Position numbers and translations under genes: made by a program. From positions 128,001-192,000 of the forward strand of contig JBFWRP010000002.1 of the NCBI GenBank assembly GCA_050248855.1: a DNA stretch of 64,000 nt. Reading direction: 5' to 3'. Each line of letters begins with the position of its first letter. The stretch's first letter is position 1. The notes under the pieces were generated by a model that was not told the DNA's origin, made no database searches, and worked only from the letters and a program-made list of their open reading frames with translations. This document shows, in pieces, positions 47,663 through 55,470 of the stretch. This DNA is from Planctomycetota bacterium (GTDB lineage: Bacteria > Planctomycetota > PLA2 > JAEUHO01).

Positions 47663-49540
47663 TCAGGGGGTCAGGATCCGCGGCACCAGGAAGCCGGGGT
47701 CGTCGGCCAGCTGCTTGCGGGCGGCCTCGGACAGCTCCGGGTTGGATAGGAGATCCCGATAGAGAGCGAGAGTTGATTCGCCTGCGTCGATGGCTTGGGC
47801 GAGGGTGTAGTTGGCGGCCCGGGCCTTGGGCGCCGGCTCCAGGAGTCGGGGGGCCCACGAGGCGCGCCACGTCGCGAGCGGGTCGTCGAGCAGCACCCGG
47901 TCGGCCTCGGCCAGCTCCAGCCGCTTGGCGAGCAGGTTGCGCGCGGCGTCGACGATGGCGTCTGCGTCGGCCTCGCCCAGCACGGGGCTCGTGTGGATGA
48001 CCATGAGCGTCGGGCAGAGCAGGTCGAGGCCCGCGACGTGTCGCGTCTCGGGCGGAGCCACGATCGCCCGCTGCTCGGCGTCGAGCAGCTCGACGAGGTC
48101 GTCGACGAAACGCGCCTTCAGGCGCACCTCCGCCAGGATCCGCTCGGTCCGGAGTGCGGACGCCAGGCGCTCGCGGGTCGCATCGTGCTCGCGCTCGAAC
48201 GTCTCGCCGAGGGACCCGATGGTGGCGACCTGCGACTCGGTCAGCGGCAAGCCTGCGGCGGCCAAGGCCCCGGCCACCAGGTTGGCCACGGTGATGGGGT
48301 GCGTGAACTCGCCGTTGAACTTGGCGCTCGTCGGGAGGCGGTCCAACACGGCGTACTCGTAGGTACGCATCGTCTCGACGCTCTTCTGCAGGCCGACGAG
48401 GAGGTCGCGCGGCGGCGCCTCGCCGCGCGCCTTGTAGGCGGCCACCTCGCGCACCGCCTTGGAGGTCGCCTCCGAGGCGGCACTGATGACGGCCCAGTCG
48501 GTGTCGCGGACGCCGTCCAGCTGGCCGGCCTTGCCGAACGTGAACGTGGGGCGCGAAGCGGCGTCCTCGTGCTCGTAGCGTTCCAGGCGCTGGCGCACGT
48601 CGGCCAGCTCGGCGCCCAGGCGCGCGTTCTCCGCCCGCAGCGCGCTCCACGTGCTGCCCCCCGGCTCCGTTGCCGTCGTGGCCAAGCCCACACCCGCGGA
48701 CGCCCCATCGTCCATCGGCGCGGACGGGTCGAGCGGTCGGCCCGCGAGCGAAGCCTCGTGCGTGACGCCTGCACCGCCGTCCGGGCTCGCACCCAGCCAG
48801 CCGGCACGGTCGGCGCCCACGCCCGCCGCGGCGCCGAGCCCCACGGAGAGGGCGATCCCGCCCAGCCAAGCCCACTTGGTCGTCACGGTCGTTCCTCCTA
48901 GCAAGGTCGTGGCGATCTCGCCCCACGTCGAGGCGAGCGTCGCGCTCGTGTTGGCGGCGAAGCCACCGCCGGGCAGTGGGACGGCCGGGGCCAGCGCAGC
49001 CAGTCCCGCTGAGATGCCCGCGTCGTTCGTGCAGAGGTGACGCTTCAGACGATCCCGGGCCCGCACGAGGTGCCACGTGAGCGTGGCGCGCGGCATGCCC
49101 AGCACGTCCGCCGCGGTCGCATGCGACCAGCCGGCAACCTGGGTGAGCAGCACGATCTCGCGCTCGACGGCCGGCAGCCGACGGATCGCGGCCTGCAGTG
49201 CGCGGCGGACCTCCGCTCGATCGAGCTGGTCGTCGGGGCCAGCTGCGGAGCCGTCCGTCGGTCCCCAAGCGGCGACGTCCTCGAGGTTGGTCCGCGGCCG
49301 ACGCTTGCGCCGGAGGTTGCGCGCTTCCAGGAAGACGACACGGCGGAACCAAGGCCACGGATCGTCCACCGGGATGCAGTCGGGCTTGCGGGCCGCGGCG
49401 ACGAGCGCCTGCTGCACGGCATCGCGCGCGTCCTCCGCGTGGCGCAGCACGCCGTAGGCGGCGGCCCAGCCCCGCGCCCCGCAGTGGCGGGCCAGGGATT
49501 CCAGGCGCTCGGCGGGGGGCGGGGGAGGGGGCGGGGTCAT
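47663..49540 (-). CDS. ECF sigma factor fused to a TM segment, coiled coil and C-terminal domain, 625 aa
   Basis: AEDARDAVQQAL...PWFRRVV (region 2), LPAVEREIVLL...WSHATAADVLG...RARDRL (region 4), then a hydrophobic helix (WAWLGGIALSVGLGAAAGVG) and LRAENARL coil. Confidence 0.88.
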   Translation of the reverse strand: MTPPPPPPPAERLESLARHCGARGWAAAYGVLRHAEDARDAVQQALVAAARKPDCIPVDDPWPWFRRVVFLEARNLRRKRRPRTNLEDVAAWGPTDGSAAGPDDQLDRAEVRRALQAAIRRLPAVEREIVLLTQVAGWSHATAADVLGMPRATLTWHLVRARDRLKRHLCTNDAGISAGLAALAPAVPLPGGGFAANTSATLASTWGEIATTLLGGTTVTTKWAWLGGIALSVGLGAAAGVGADRAGWLGASPDGGAGVTHEASLAGRPLDPSAPMDDGASAGVGLATTATEPGGSTWSALRAENARLGAELADVRQRLERYEHEDAASRPTFTFGKAGQLDGVRDTDWAVISAASEATSKAVREVAAYKARGEAPPRDLLVGLQKSVETMRTYEYAVLDRLPTSAKFNGEFTHPITVANLVAGALAAAGLPLTESQVATIGSLGETFEREHDATRERLASALRTERILAEVRLKARFVDDLVELLDAEQRAIVAPPETRHVAGLDLLCPTLMVIHTSPVLGEADADAIVDAARNLLAKRLELAEADRVLLDDPLATWRASWAPRLLEPAPKARAANYTLAQAIDAGESTLALYRDLLSNPELSEAARKQLADDPGFLVPRILTP

Positions 49541-49597
49541 GGTCCGCTTCCTAACGTCGCGAGCAGGGCTCGCGGTTGGCGGGCCGACAAAACGAGC

Positions 49598-49630
49598 GCG
49601 CCCCCGATCCGCGAGGCGGATCGGGGGCGC
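49598..49630 (-). terminator. Intrinsic terminator-like hairpin downstream of the small PAK-rich ORF
   Basis: Perfect 15-bp stem gcgcccccgatccgc/gcggatcgggggcgc, followed on the minus strand by gctcgttttgt. Confidence 0.65.
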
Positions 49631-49650
49631 CAGATGGCGTCCGGGGCCGA

Positions 49651-49821
49651 CTACCGCTGGGGCTTGGAGGCGGGCTTGGCCGGGGCGGCGGCGGGCTTGG
49701 CGGCGGGGGCCGGGGCAGCCTTGGCCGGGGCGGCGGCGGGCTTCGCGGGGGTCGCGCCGGGCTTCGCCGGGGGGGTGGAGGCCATCTTCGTGGTCTGCGC
49801 GTCGTGCTTCGAAGTGCTCAC
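49651..49821 (-). CDS. Small basic Ala/Pro/Lys-rich protein, 56 aa (or 44 aa from ATG 49785)
   Basis: GGAG-N8-GTG start. Sequence MSTSKHDAQTTKMASTPPAKPGATPAKPAAAPAKAAPAPAAKPAAAPAKPASKPQR has strong GC3 bias and its own promoter and terminator. Confidence 0.7.
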   Translation of the reverse strand: MSTSKHDAQTTKMASTPPAKPGATPAKPAAAPAKAAPAPAAKPAAAPAKPASKPQR

Positions 49822-49907
49822 GTGCTGTGCTCCAGGGCCCCGCTCTGGGGCCGGTCGGCAGCCGCACCCGGGAACCTCCCCGGGCCACGTGCTGCCGGCG
49901 GTGGGGA

Positions 49908-49923
49908 AGCAGCGGGCGTGCCA
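49908..49923 (-). promoter_or_regulatory. Sigma54 (-24/-12) promoter
   Basis: Minus strand reads TGGCACGCCCGCTGCT, i.e. GG-N10-GC, close to the consensus TGGCACG-N4-TTGCW. Confidence 0.75.
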
Positions 49924-50044
49924 CCCGACCGTCGGTGCGGAGCCGCGCGCGCAAGTGGCAGCCGGCAGGGCACTTGCGCCCTGCCCGCGGGCCGCCGCTC
50001 GCCGCGGTGACGCGGCGTCGGACAATGCGCACCTGCCGGGGCTT

Positions 50045-50060
50045 CGGCGGACGTCCGCCG
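50045..50060. promoter_or_regulatory. Candidate enhancer (UAS) or autoregulatory site of the adjacent sigma54 activator
   Basis: Perfect 16-bp palindrome cggcggacgtccgccg, about 120-135 bp upstream of the -24 box and 20 bp before the activator ATG. Confidence 0.45.
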
Positions 50061-50080
50061 TCTTTCCGGCGCGAGGCCCC

Positions 50081-51511
50081 ATGCACGTCCGCGTCGCGCT
50101 CTTCGTCGCGGAGGTCGCCCGCTTCCGGGCCCTCCTGGAGTCCCTCGGTGCGCAGGTCGTGCCCGCGCGCGACGTGGAGCCCGTGCCCGAACGCCTCGAA
50201 GGCGATGACGTGGACCTCGTCGTCGCCGACGCGGAACGGCTCGGCCGCAAGCCGGCGGTCAGCATCGCGGCGCTGCGTGCGCTCACGGCGCGCCCCGACG
50301 TCGTCGCGATCGTGGAGCGCGACGGCACGGAAGATCGTGCGCGGCTGCTGGCGGCGCGTGCCGTGGCGGTGCTCGCCACGCGCTGGAGCGACAGTGCGCT
50401 CCGCGAGGCCCTCGACGCGATCCTGGCCCGACGCCGCGAGGAGCTGGTGGGCCGGCAGCGTGCGCAGCCCTTCGTGCGCGCCCATCGCCTTGCCGACTTC
50501 GCCAGCGCCAGCCCCGCAATGGCCAAGCTCCTGGCCACGGCCCGGCGCGTCGTGAGCTCGTCCTCGACGGTCGTGCTGTTGGGGGAGACGGGCGTCGGCA
50601 AGGAATGGCTGGCGCGATCGCTCCACGAGGAAGGACCGCGGGCGGCCGGTCCGTTCGTCGCCGTCAACTGCGGCGCCTTGCCCGAACAGCTGCTCGAGAG
50701 CGAGATGTTCGGCCACGAGCGCGGGGCGTTCACCGGGGCCGTCCGCGCCCACCGCGGGCACTTCGAGATGGCGCACGGCGGCACCGTGTTCCTCGACGAA
50801 GTCGGCGACATGCCGCTGCACCTGCAAGTGAAGCTGTTGCGCGTGCTGCAGGAGCGTCGCGTGCAGCGGCTGGGCGCGGAGCGCGCGACGGAGGTCGACG
50901 TCCGCGTGCTCGCGGCCACGCACCGCGACCCGGAGGCGTTGCGCGCCGCAGGCGCGCTCCGCGAGGATCTCTGGTACCGCCTGGCGGTCGTCACGCTTCG
51001 CGTGCCGCCCTTGCGCGAGCGTCTCGAGGACCTGGCCGTCTTGGCCCAGGGTTGGCTCGAGCGGCAGGCGGCCACGCTCGGGCGCGAGGCCACGTCGTTC
51101 TCCCCCGAGGCCTTGGAGGCCCTTCTGGCCTACCGCTGGCCCGGCAACCTGCGCGAGCTCGTGAACGTCGTCGAGCGCGCCGTGCTGCTGTCGTCGGGCC
51201 CCGTCGTGCACGCGGCGGACCTGCCCGACGACATCGTCCGCGCCGCGCTGCCGGGCACGCCGCTCCAGGGCCCCGCGGCCGTGCTGCGCCACGCGCCGGC
51301 GGGCGACATCCCGTTTGCCAAGGCCCGCCGTACCGTCCTCGAGCAGTTCGAGCGCGACTACCTCGTGGCCCTCCTCGAACGCAGCGGCGGCCGCGTCGGC
51401 GAGGCGTCGCTCCGCTCGGGCCTCCCGCCGCGCACCCTCTACGACCTGCTGCGGCGCCACGGCCTGCGCGGAGAGGACTACCGCTTCCGCATCCCGGCCA
51501 GCCGGCCCTGA
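50081..51511 (+). CDS. NtrC-family sigma54-dependent activator (atypical receiver + AAA + Fis-type HTH)
   Basis: GETGVGKE, ESEMFGHERGAFTGA, FLDEVG, QVKLLRVLQE, REDLWYRL and WPGNLREL. Confidence 0.95.
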   Translation: MHVRVALFVAEVARFRALLESLGAQVVPARDVEPVPERLEGDDVDLVVADAERLGRKPAVSIAALRALTARPDVVAIVERDGTEDRARLLAARAVAVLATRWSDSALREALDAILARRREELVGRQRAQPFVRAHRLADFASASPAMAKLLATARRVVSSSSTVVLLGETGVGKEWLARSLHEEGPRAAGPFVAVNCGALPEQLLESEMFGHERGAFTGAVRAHRGHFEMAHGGTVFLDEVGDMPLHLQVKLLRVLQERRVQRLGAERATEVDVRVLAATHRDPEALRAAGALREDLWYRLAVVTLRVPPLRERLEDLAVLAQGWLERQAATLGREATSFSPEALEALLAYRWPGNLRELVNVVERAVLLSSGPVVHAADLPDDIVRAALPGTPLQGPAAVLRHAPAGDIPFAKARRTVLEQFERDYLVALLERSGGRVGEASLRSGLPPRTLYDLLRRHGLRGEDYRFRIPASRP

Positions 51512-51570
51512 CGGCCCCGCTGGCCTGCGTGGGGCATCTGGCCGATCCTTCTCCCGAGGAGGACGGTGGC

Positions 51571-53274
51571 ATGGCGCAGATGGTGCCGGAGCGAGACGAG
51601 GGGGAGGTCGACTCGCGGGCCGAGCGCCTCGTTCGGCGCGCCTTGTCCGAGCGGCTGCCGGACGATTGGACCGTGGTTCACGGGGCCCGTTGGGTCGGGC
51701 GGCGCCACGGCCGCGACGGGCAGGACGGCGAGATCGACTTCTTGTTGCTCCATCCCAAGCACGGTGCCGTCGTGCTCGAGGTGAAGGGTGGAACCGTTGC
51801 CCGCGAGCGGCAGCGGTGGACGAGCACGAGCACGTCCGGGCAACGGCACGACCTCGGCCGGGGTCCGCTGCAGCAGGCGCACGATGGCAAGTACGCCCTA
51901 CGCGCGCTGCTCGAGAACATGCGCCGCTTCCGCGCGGGGACGCCGCACCTGGTCCACGCCGCCTTGCTGCCCGAGAGCCACGTGCCGGACACCGGCCTGG
52001 GTGCCGACGCGCCGCGGGCGCTTCTCGGGGACGCGCGGGACCTCGCGATGCTCGAGGAGTGGGTCCAGGGTGTCGTGGCCCACACCGACCGCCATCCGGC
52101 GGCCCGCGAGCTCGGGAAGGAGGGTGTCCGGGCGATCGTCGAGCTCCTTGCGCCACGCCGCACGTTGACGCGTTCGCGCGCTGGCGAGAACGCCGGTGTC
52201 GATGTCGAGCTGCTCGAGCTTACCGAACGGCAGTACCGCGTCCTGGACTTGACGCGCTCGCTGCCACGCGTGCTGGTCGAGGGCGGACCCGGTACGGGCA
52301 AGTCCTTGATCGCGGTGGAGGCGGCGCGTCGGTTCGCCGCCGCCGGTCGAAGCACGCTGCTCCTTTGCTACAACGGGCCGCTGGCCGGCCGGCTCGTCGA
52401 GGAAGCCCGCGGCATCGAGGGCGTGACCGCGACGCACTTCCATGGGCTCTGTCGCGCCTGGGCGGCGGAGGCCGGGCTGACGGACCTGGTCGACGCCGCG
52501 CAAGCGGCCGGCGACTGGACGGAGGGCTTTGCCAACGTCCTCTTGGAGGCGGCGTCGGCGCTTCATCGCAGCGTCGACGCCATCGTCGTGGACGAGGGCC
52601 AGGACTTCGACCCGTCGTGGTGGCCGGTGCTGGAGCAGCTCTTGTCCCGAGGCGACGGGATCTTCTACGTGTTCGCCGACCCCGGCCAGGCGCTGCGGGG
52701 CGACGCGGCGCGGCCTCCCCTGGAGGGACTGCACGGGCCGCTGGAGCTGGACCGCAACTGCCGCAACCCCGCCGAGGTGCACGCGTGGCTCCAAGCGGTC
52801 GACACGTCGCTTGCGGCGCTGAGGGGAAGCAACGTGACCACCGGCGTGCCTCCGTCCGTGCGCTGGGTCGGCCCCGGCGGGGACGTCGCCGCGGTCATCG
52901 ACGCAGCGGTGAAGGCCCTGGTGCAGGACCACGGCCTGGCGCCCGGCGACATCGCCGTGATCACCCCCCGCGGCCGGGAACGCAGCGTGCTCAAGGAGGT
53001 CGACACGCTCGGCGGCGCCCCGGCCTCGTGGAAAGGGCGCGACTCCGCGGACCACGTCTGGATCGACACGACGCACCGCCACAAGGGGCTGGACCATCGC
53101 GGAGTCGTCGTGTGCGAGCTCGGTCCCGACCTCAAGCCCGACCTGATGTCGCACCTGCGGGTGGCCTGTTCGCGGGCGACGCACCGCCTGGACGTCGTGG
53201 CCGCGCACGCACTGGCCCCTGTCTTCCAGCCCGCGCGCGACCTGGCCACGTGGAGCGGCGTGCTGCCGGGGTAG
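51571..53274 (+). CDS. NERD nuclease domain + superfamily 1 (UvrD-like) helicase
   Basis: GEIDFLLLHP...VLEVKGG (PD-(D/E)xK), GGPGTGKS, VVDEGQD, NCRN, KGLD and VACSRA. GAGGAGG RBS. Confidence 0.88.
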   Translation: MAQMVPERDEGEVDSRAERLVRRALSERLPDDWTVVHGARWVGRRHGRDGQDGEIDFLLLHPKHGAVVLEVKGGTVARERQRWTSTSTSGQRHDLGRGPLQQAHDGKYALRALLENMRRFRAGTPHLVHAALLPESHVPDTGLGADAPRALLGDARDLAMLEEWVQGVVAHTDRHPAARELGKEGVRAIVELLAPRRTLTRSRAGENAGVDVELLELTERQYRVLDLTRSLPRVLVEGGPGTGKSLIAVEAARRFAAAGRSTLLLCYNGPLAGRLVEEARGIEGVTATHFHGLCRAWAAEAGLTDLVDAAQAAGDWTEGFANVLLEAASALHRSVDAIVVDEGQDFDPSWWPVLEQLLSRGDGIFYVFADPGQALRGDAARPPLEGLHGPLELDRNCRNPAEVHAWLQAVDTSLAALRGSNVTTGVPPSVRWVGPGGDVAAVIDAAVKALVQDHGLAPGDIAVITPRGRERSVLKEVDTLGGAPASWKGRDSADHVWIDTTHRHKGLDHRGVVVCELGPDLKPDLMSHLRVACSRATHRLDVVAAHALAPVFQPARDLATWSGVLPG

Positions 53275-53297
53275 CTCGTGCGCGTAGTCTGGGAGGC

Positions 53298-53783
53298 ATG
53301 AGCGAGCCCCGCTCCCGCTTCGAGACCGAGCAGTCCCTGTCGCCGTGGATCTTGTGGCCGACCCCGGTGTTGCTCGTGGGGCTGGGTGTGTGGATGGGGA
53401 CGCGCCCCGACGTCCCGCGCGCGGTGGTGTGGGTGGTGGCCGCATCGGCCGCCATCGCGTTCGCGGTCATGCTCGGGCTCGGGCGCATGCGCGTCGTCGT
53501 CGACGGCCGCGAGATCCGCGTCACGTTCCCGCTGGGCTGGCCGCGCACGGTCATCCCGTTGGCCGAGCTGAAGGAGGCGCGCGGGGCGCGCCTGTCCTGG
53601 TGGTGGGGCTGGGGCCTGCGCTGGACGCCGCGCGGGTGGCTCTGGCGCCTACGTGGTCTCCAAGCCGTCGCGCTCGAACGCACGAACGGCCGCGTGTTCC
53701 ACGTCGGCGTCGACGAGCCGCGGAAGCTGTTGGACGCCCTGGCTGCCCGGGGCGTCAGCATCGGTGTGCACGACGGCGCGTAG
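53298..53783 (+). CDS. Small membrane protein (two TM helices + PH-like domain)
   Basis: GGAGG RBS, two TM helices, and WWWGWGLRW...VGVDEP. Confidence 0.78.
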   Translation: MSEPRSRFETEQSLSPWILWPTPVLLVGLGVWMGTRPDVPRAVVWVVAASAAIAFAVMLGLGRMRVVVDGREIRVTFPLGWPRTVIPLAELKEARGARLSWWWGWGLRWTPRGWLWRLRGLQAVALERTNGRVFHVGVDEPRKLLDALAARGVSIGVHDGA

Positions 53784-53800
53784 GCGCTCCGTAGCTGGAG

Positions 53801-54787
53801 CTACTTCGCGGCGAGCGCCTCGCGCACCTGGGTGTCGAGCGCGGCCAAGCGGTCTTCGAGGCCCGTGCCCTTGATCTTGCTCTTGAGGCGGCCGATCTGC
53901 TTGCGCGCCTCCTTGGCGTCGGTGCCGATCAGGGCCTCGACCTCGTCGAGGTTCTTCGTGGCCAGGTCGATGATCGCCGTGTGGGCCGCGGCCGCGCGGG
54001 CCTGCAGCTCCTCCGGCCACTCGGCAACCTTCTTGGTGCACTTCTCGAGGCCCTTCAAGGCCTTGGCGTAGTCGCCCTCCTTGGCCTCGGCGCTCGCCTC
54101 GGCTTCGGCCTCCTCGTACTTGCGCAAGTCCTTGCGCCCGAGGGCGACGGGGTGCTCCTTGCGCAGGCTCTCGGCGATCTCGCCGAGCTCCTCGATCAAC
54201 GACTTGGCGCTGTGCCCGCCGCCCGGCCAGCTCTTGATCTCCTCGAGCGTGAACGGGTTCACGGCGCACGTGTAGGGCACGCCGCCGGTGTTGTTGTAGG
54301 AGGCCGCCTTCGAGCGGTTGAGCGCGAGCATCTGGTCGGTCGTCAAGCCCGGGAACTCCACCAGGTACCGGACCGTCTCGCCGCCCACCTTCGCCTCGTA
54401 CGTGGCCGCGCGCCGGTCTTCCTTCTCGATGCCCTCGTCCAGGCGACCCAGGCTGATGACCTCGACCGTGTTGTCGTTGGCGAAGTCGATGTACTTGTCG
54501 TTGCACATCACCGATGCGTGCATGCCCCAGCACGGCCCACAGTAGAAGCCATGGCTGTGTACGACGATCGGGAGGGACAGCATGCGGGCCTCGGCCACCG
54601 CCTCGTCCCAGGTCCTGGCCAGCGTCACGCAGGTGACCGGCTCGGCGTCCTTGCTGCCCGCTTCGGCCAGGGGCCTTGGCAGCGTGCCCCCCAGGCCCAG
54701 GCCCAGCAGGGCGGCCAGCAGGGCGGCAAGGCGGACACGGCGCGCCACGGCGGACGCGGGGCTCGGGGTCTTGGACTCGGTGCTCAT
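53801..54787 (-). CDS. Exported thioredoxin-like (CGPC) protein with C-terminal helical domain
   Basis: Signal or TM segment, WDEAVAEA...HSHGFYCGPCWGMH and GGVPYT (cis-Pro loop). Confidence 0.78.
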   Translation of the reverse strand: MSTESKTPSPASAVARRVRLAALLAALLGLGLGGTLPRPLAEAGSKDAEPVTCVTLARTWDEAVAEARMLSLPIVVHSHGFYCGPCWGMHASVMCNDKYIDFANDNTVEVISLGRLDEGIEKEDRRAATYEAKVGGETVRYLVEFPGLTTDQMLALNRSKAASYNNTGGVPYTCAVNPFTLEEIKSWPGGGHSAKSLIEELGEIAESLRKEHPVALGRKDLRKYEEAEAEASAEAKEGDYAKALKGLEKCTKKVAEWPEELQARAAAAHTAIIDLATKNLDEVEALIGTDAKEARKQIGRLKSKIKGTGLEDRLAALDTQVREALAAK

Positions 54788-55024
54788 CGGGATCTCCCTC
54801 GGTGGCCGCCCCCTGGCGGCGACGGTCCCCAGGCGCCGGCGGGATGGCGCGCGGACGCCACAAGGACCGAGTCGCCGGGTTCCCTGGTTCCGCCCTCTTT
54901 CCGCGTTCCGGGCCCTCGATCCCGTCAGCATCGGCCTGGGGACACGTCGCCCGATCGCTCCATCGCTCCGTGCGATGGAGCCGGGCGGCGCAGCAGCGTC
55001 CCCCGCGGCGGCGATGCTCAGCCC

Positions 55025-55384
55025 ATGGACGACTCGCTTGCCGCGCTCCAGGCCGAGGTCATCGCCTTCCGCGACGCACGCGACTGGCGCCGCTTCCACC
55101 AGGCCAAGGATCTCGTCCTGGGGCTCGTGGCCGAGGCCGGGGAGCTCGCCGAGGTCGTGCTCTGGCGCGATCCCGCCGTCCTCGAGCGCCTGGCCGAGGA
55201 CGAGGACCTGAGGGCGCGTCTTGGCGAGGAGATGGCCGACGTCCTCGTCTACCTGCTCTACCTGGCCGAGCACGCCGGCTTGGACCTCGCGGCGACCACG
55301 CGCGCCAAGCTGGCGCTGAACGCCCGGAAGTACCCCGTGGAGCGCTTCCGCGGGTCGGCCCGGAAGTACGACGACGAAGCCTGA
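55025..55384 (+). CDS. MazG-like nucleotide pyrophosphohydrolase
   Basis: FRDARDWRRFH..KDL...EAGELAE...EEMADV...KLALNARKYP. Confidence 0.92.
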   Translation: MDDSLAALQAEVIAFRDARDWRRFHQAKDLVLGLVAEAGELAEVVLWRDPAVLERLAEDEDLRARLGEEMADVLVYLLYLAEHAGLDLAATTRAKLALNARKYPVERFRGSARKYDDEA

Positions 55385-55470
55385 CCCGACGCCGATGCGC
55401 CCGATCCGGCCCGCCCCGCGGGGCGTTGTAGAGTCGGCGCGGGCCCGCCCGGTTCCGCAGGGAGGACGCG

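Noticed and set aside
49541..52156. N-terminal ~870 aa of the 1497-aa minus-strand ORF 47663-52156
   Set aside because: This is the antisense shadow of the sigma54 activator and NERD genes. The real ECF protein begins near ATG 49540.
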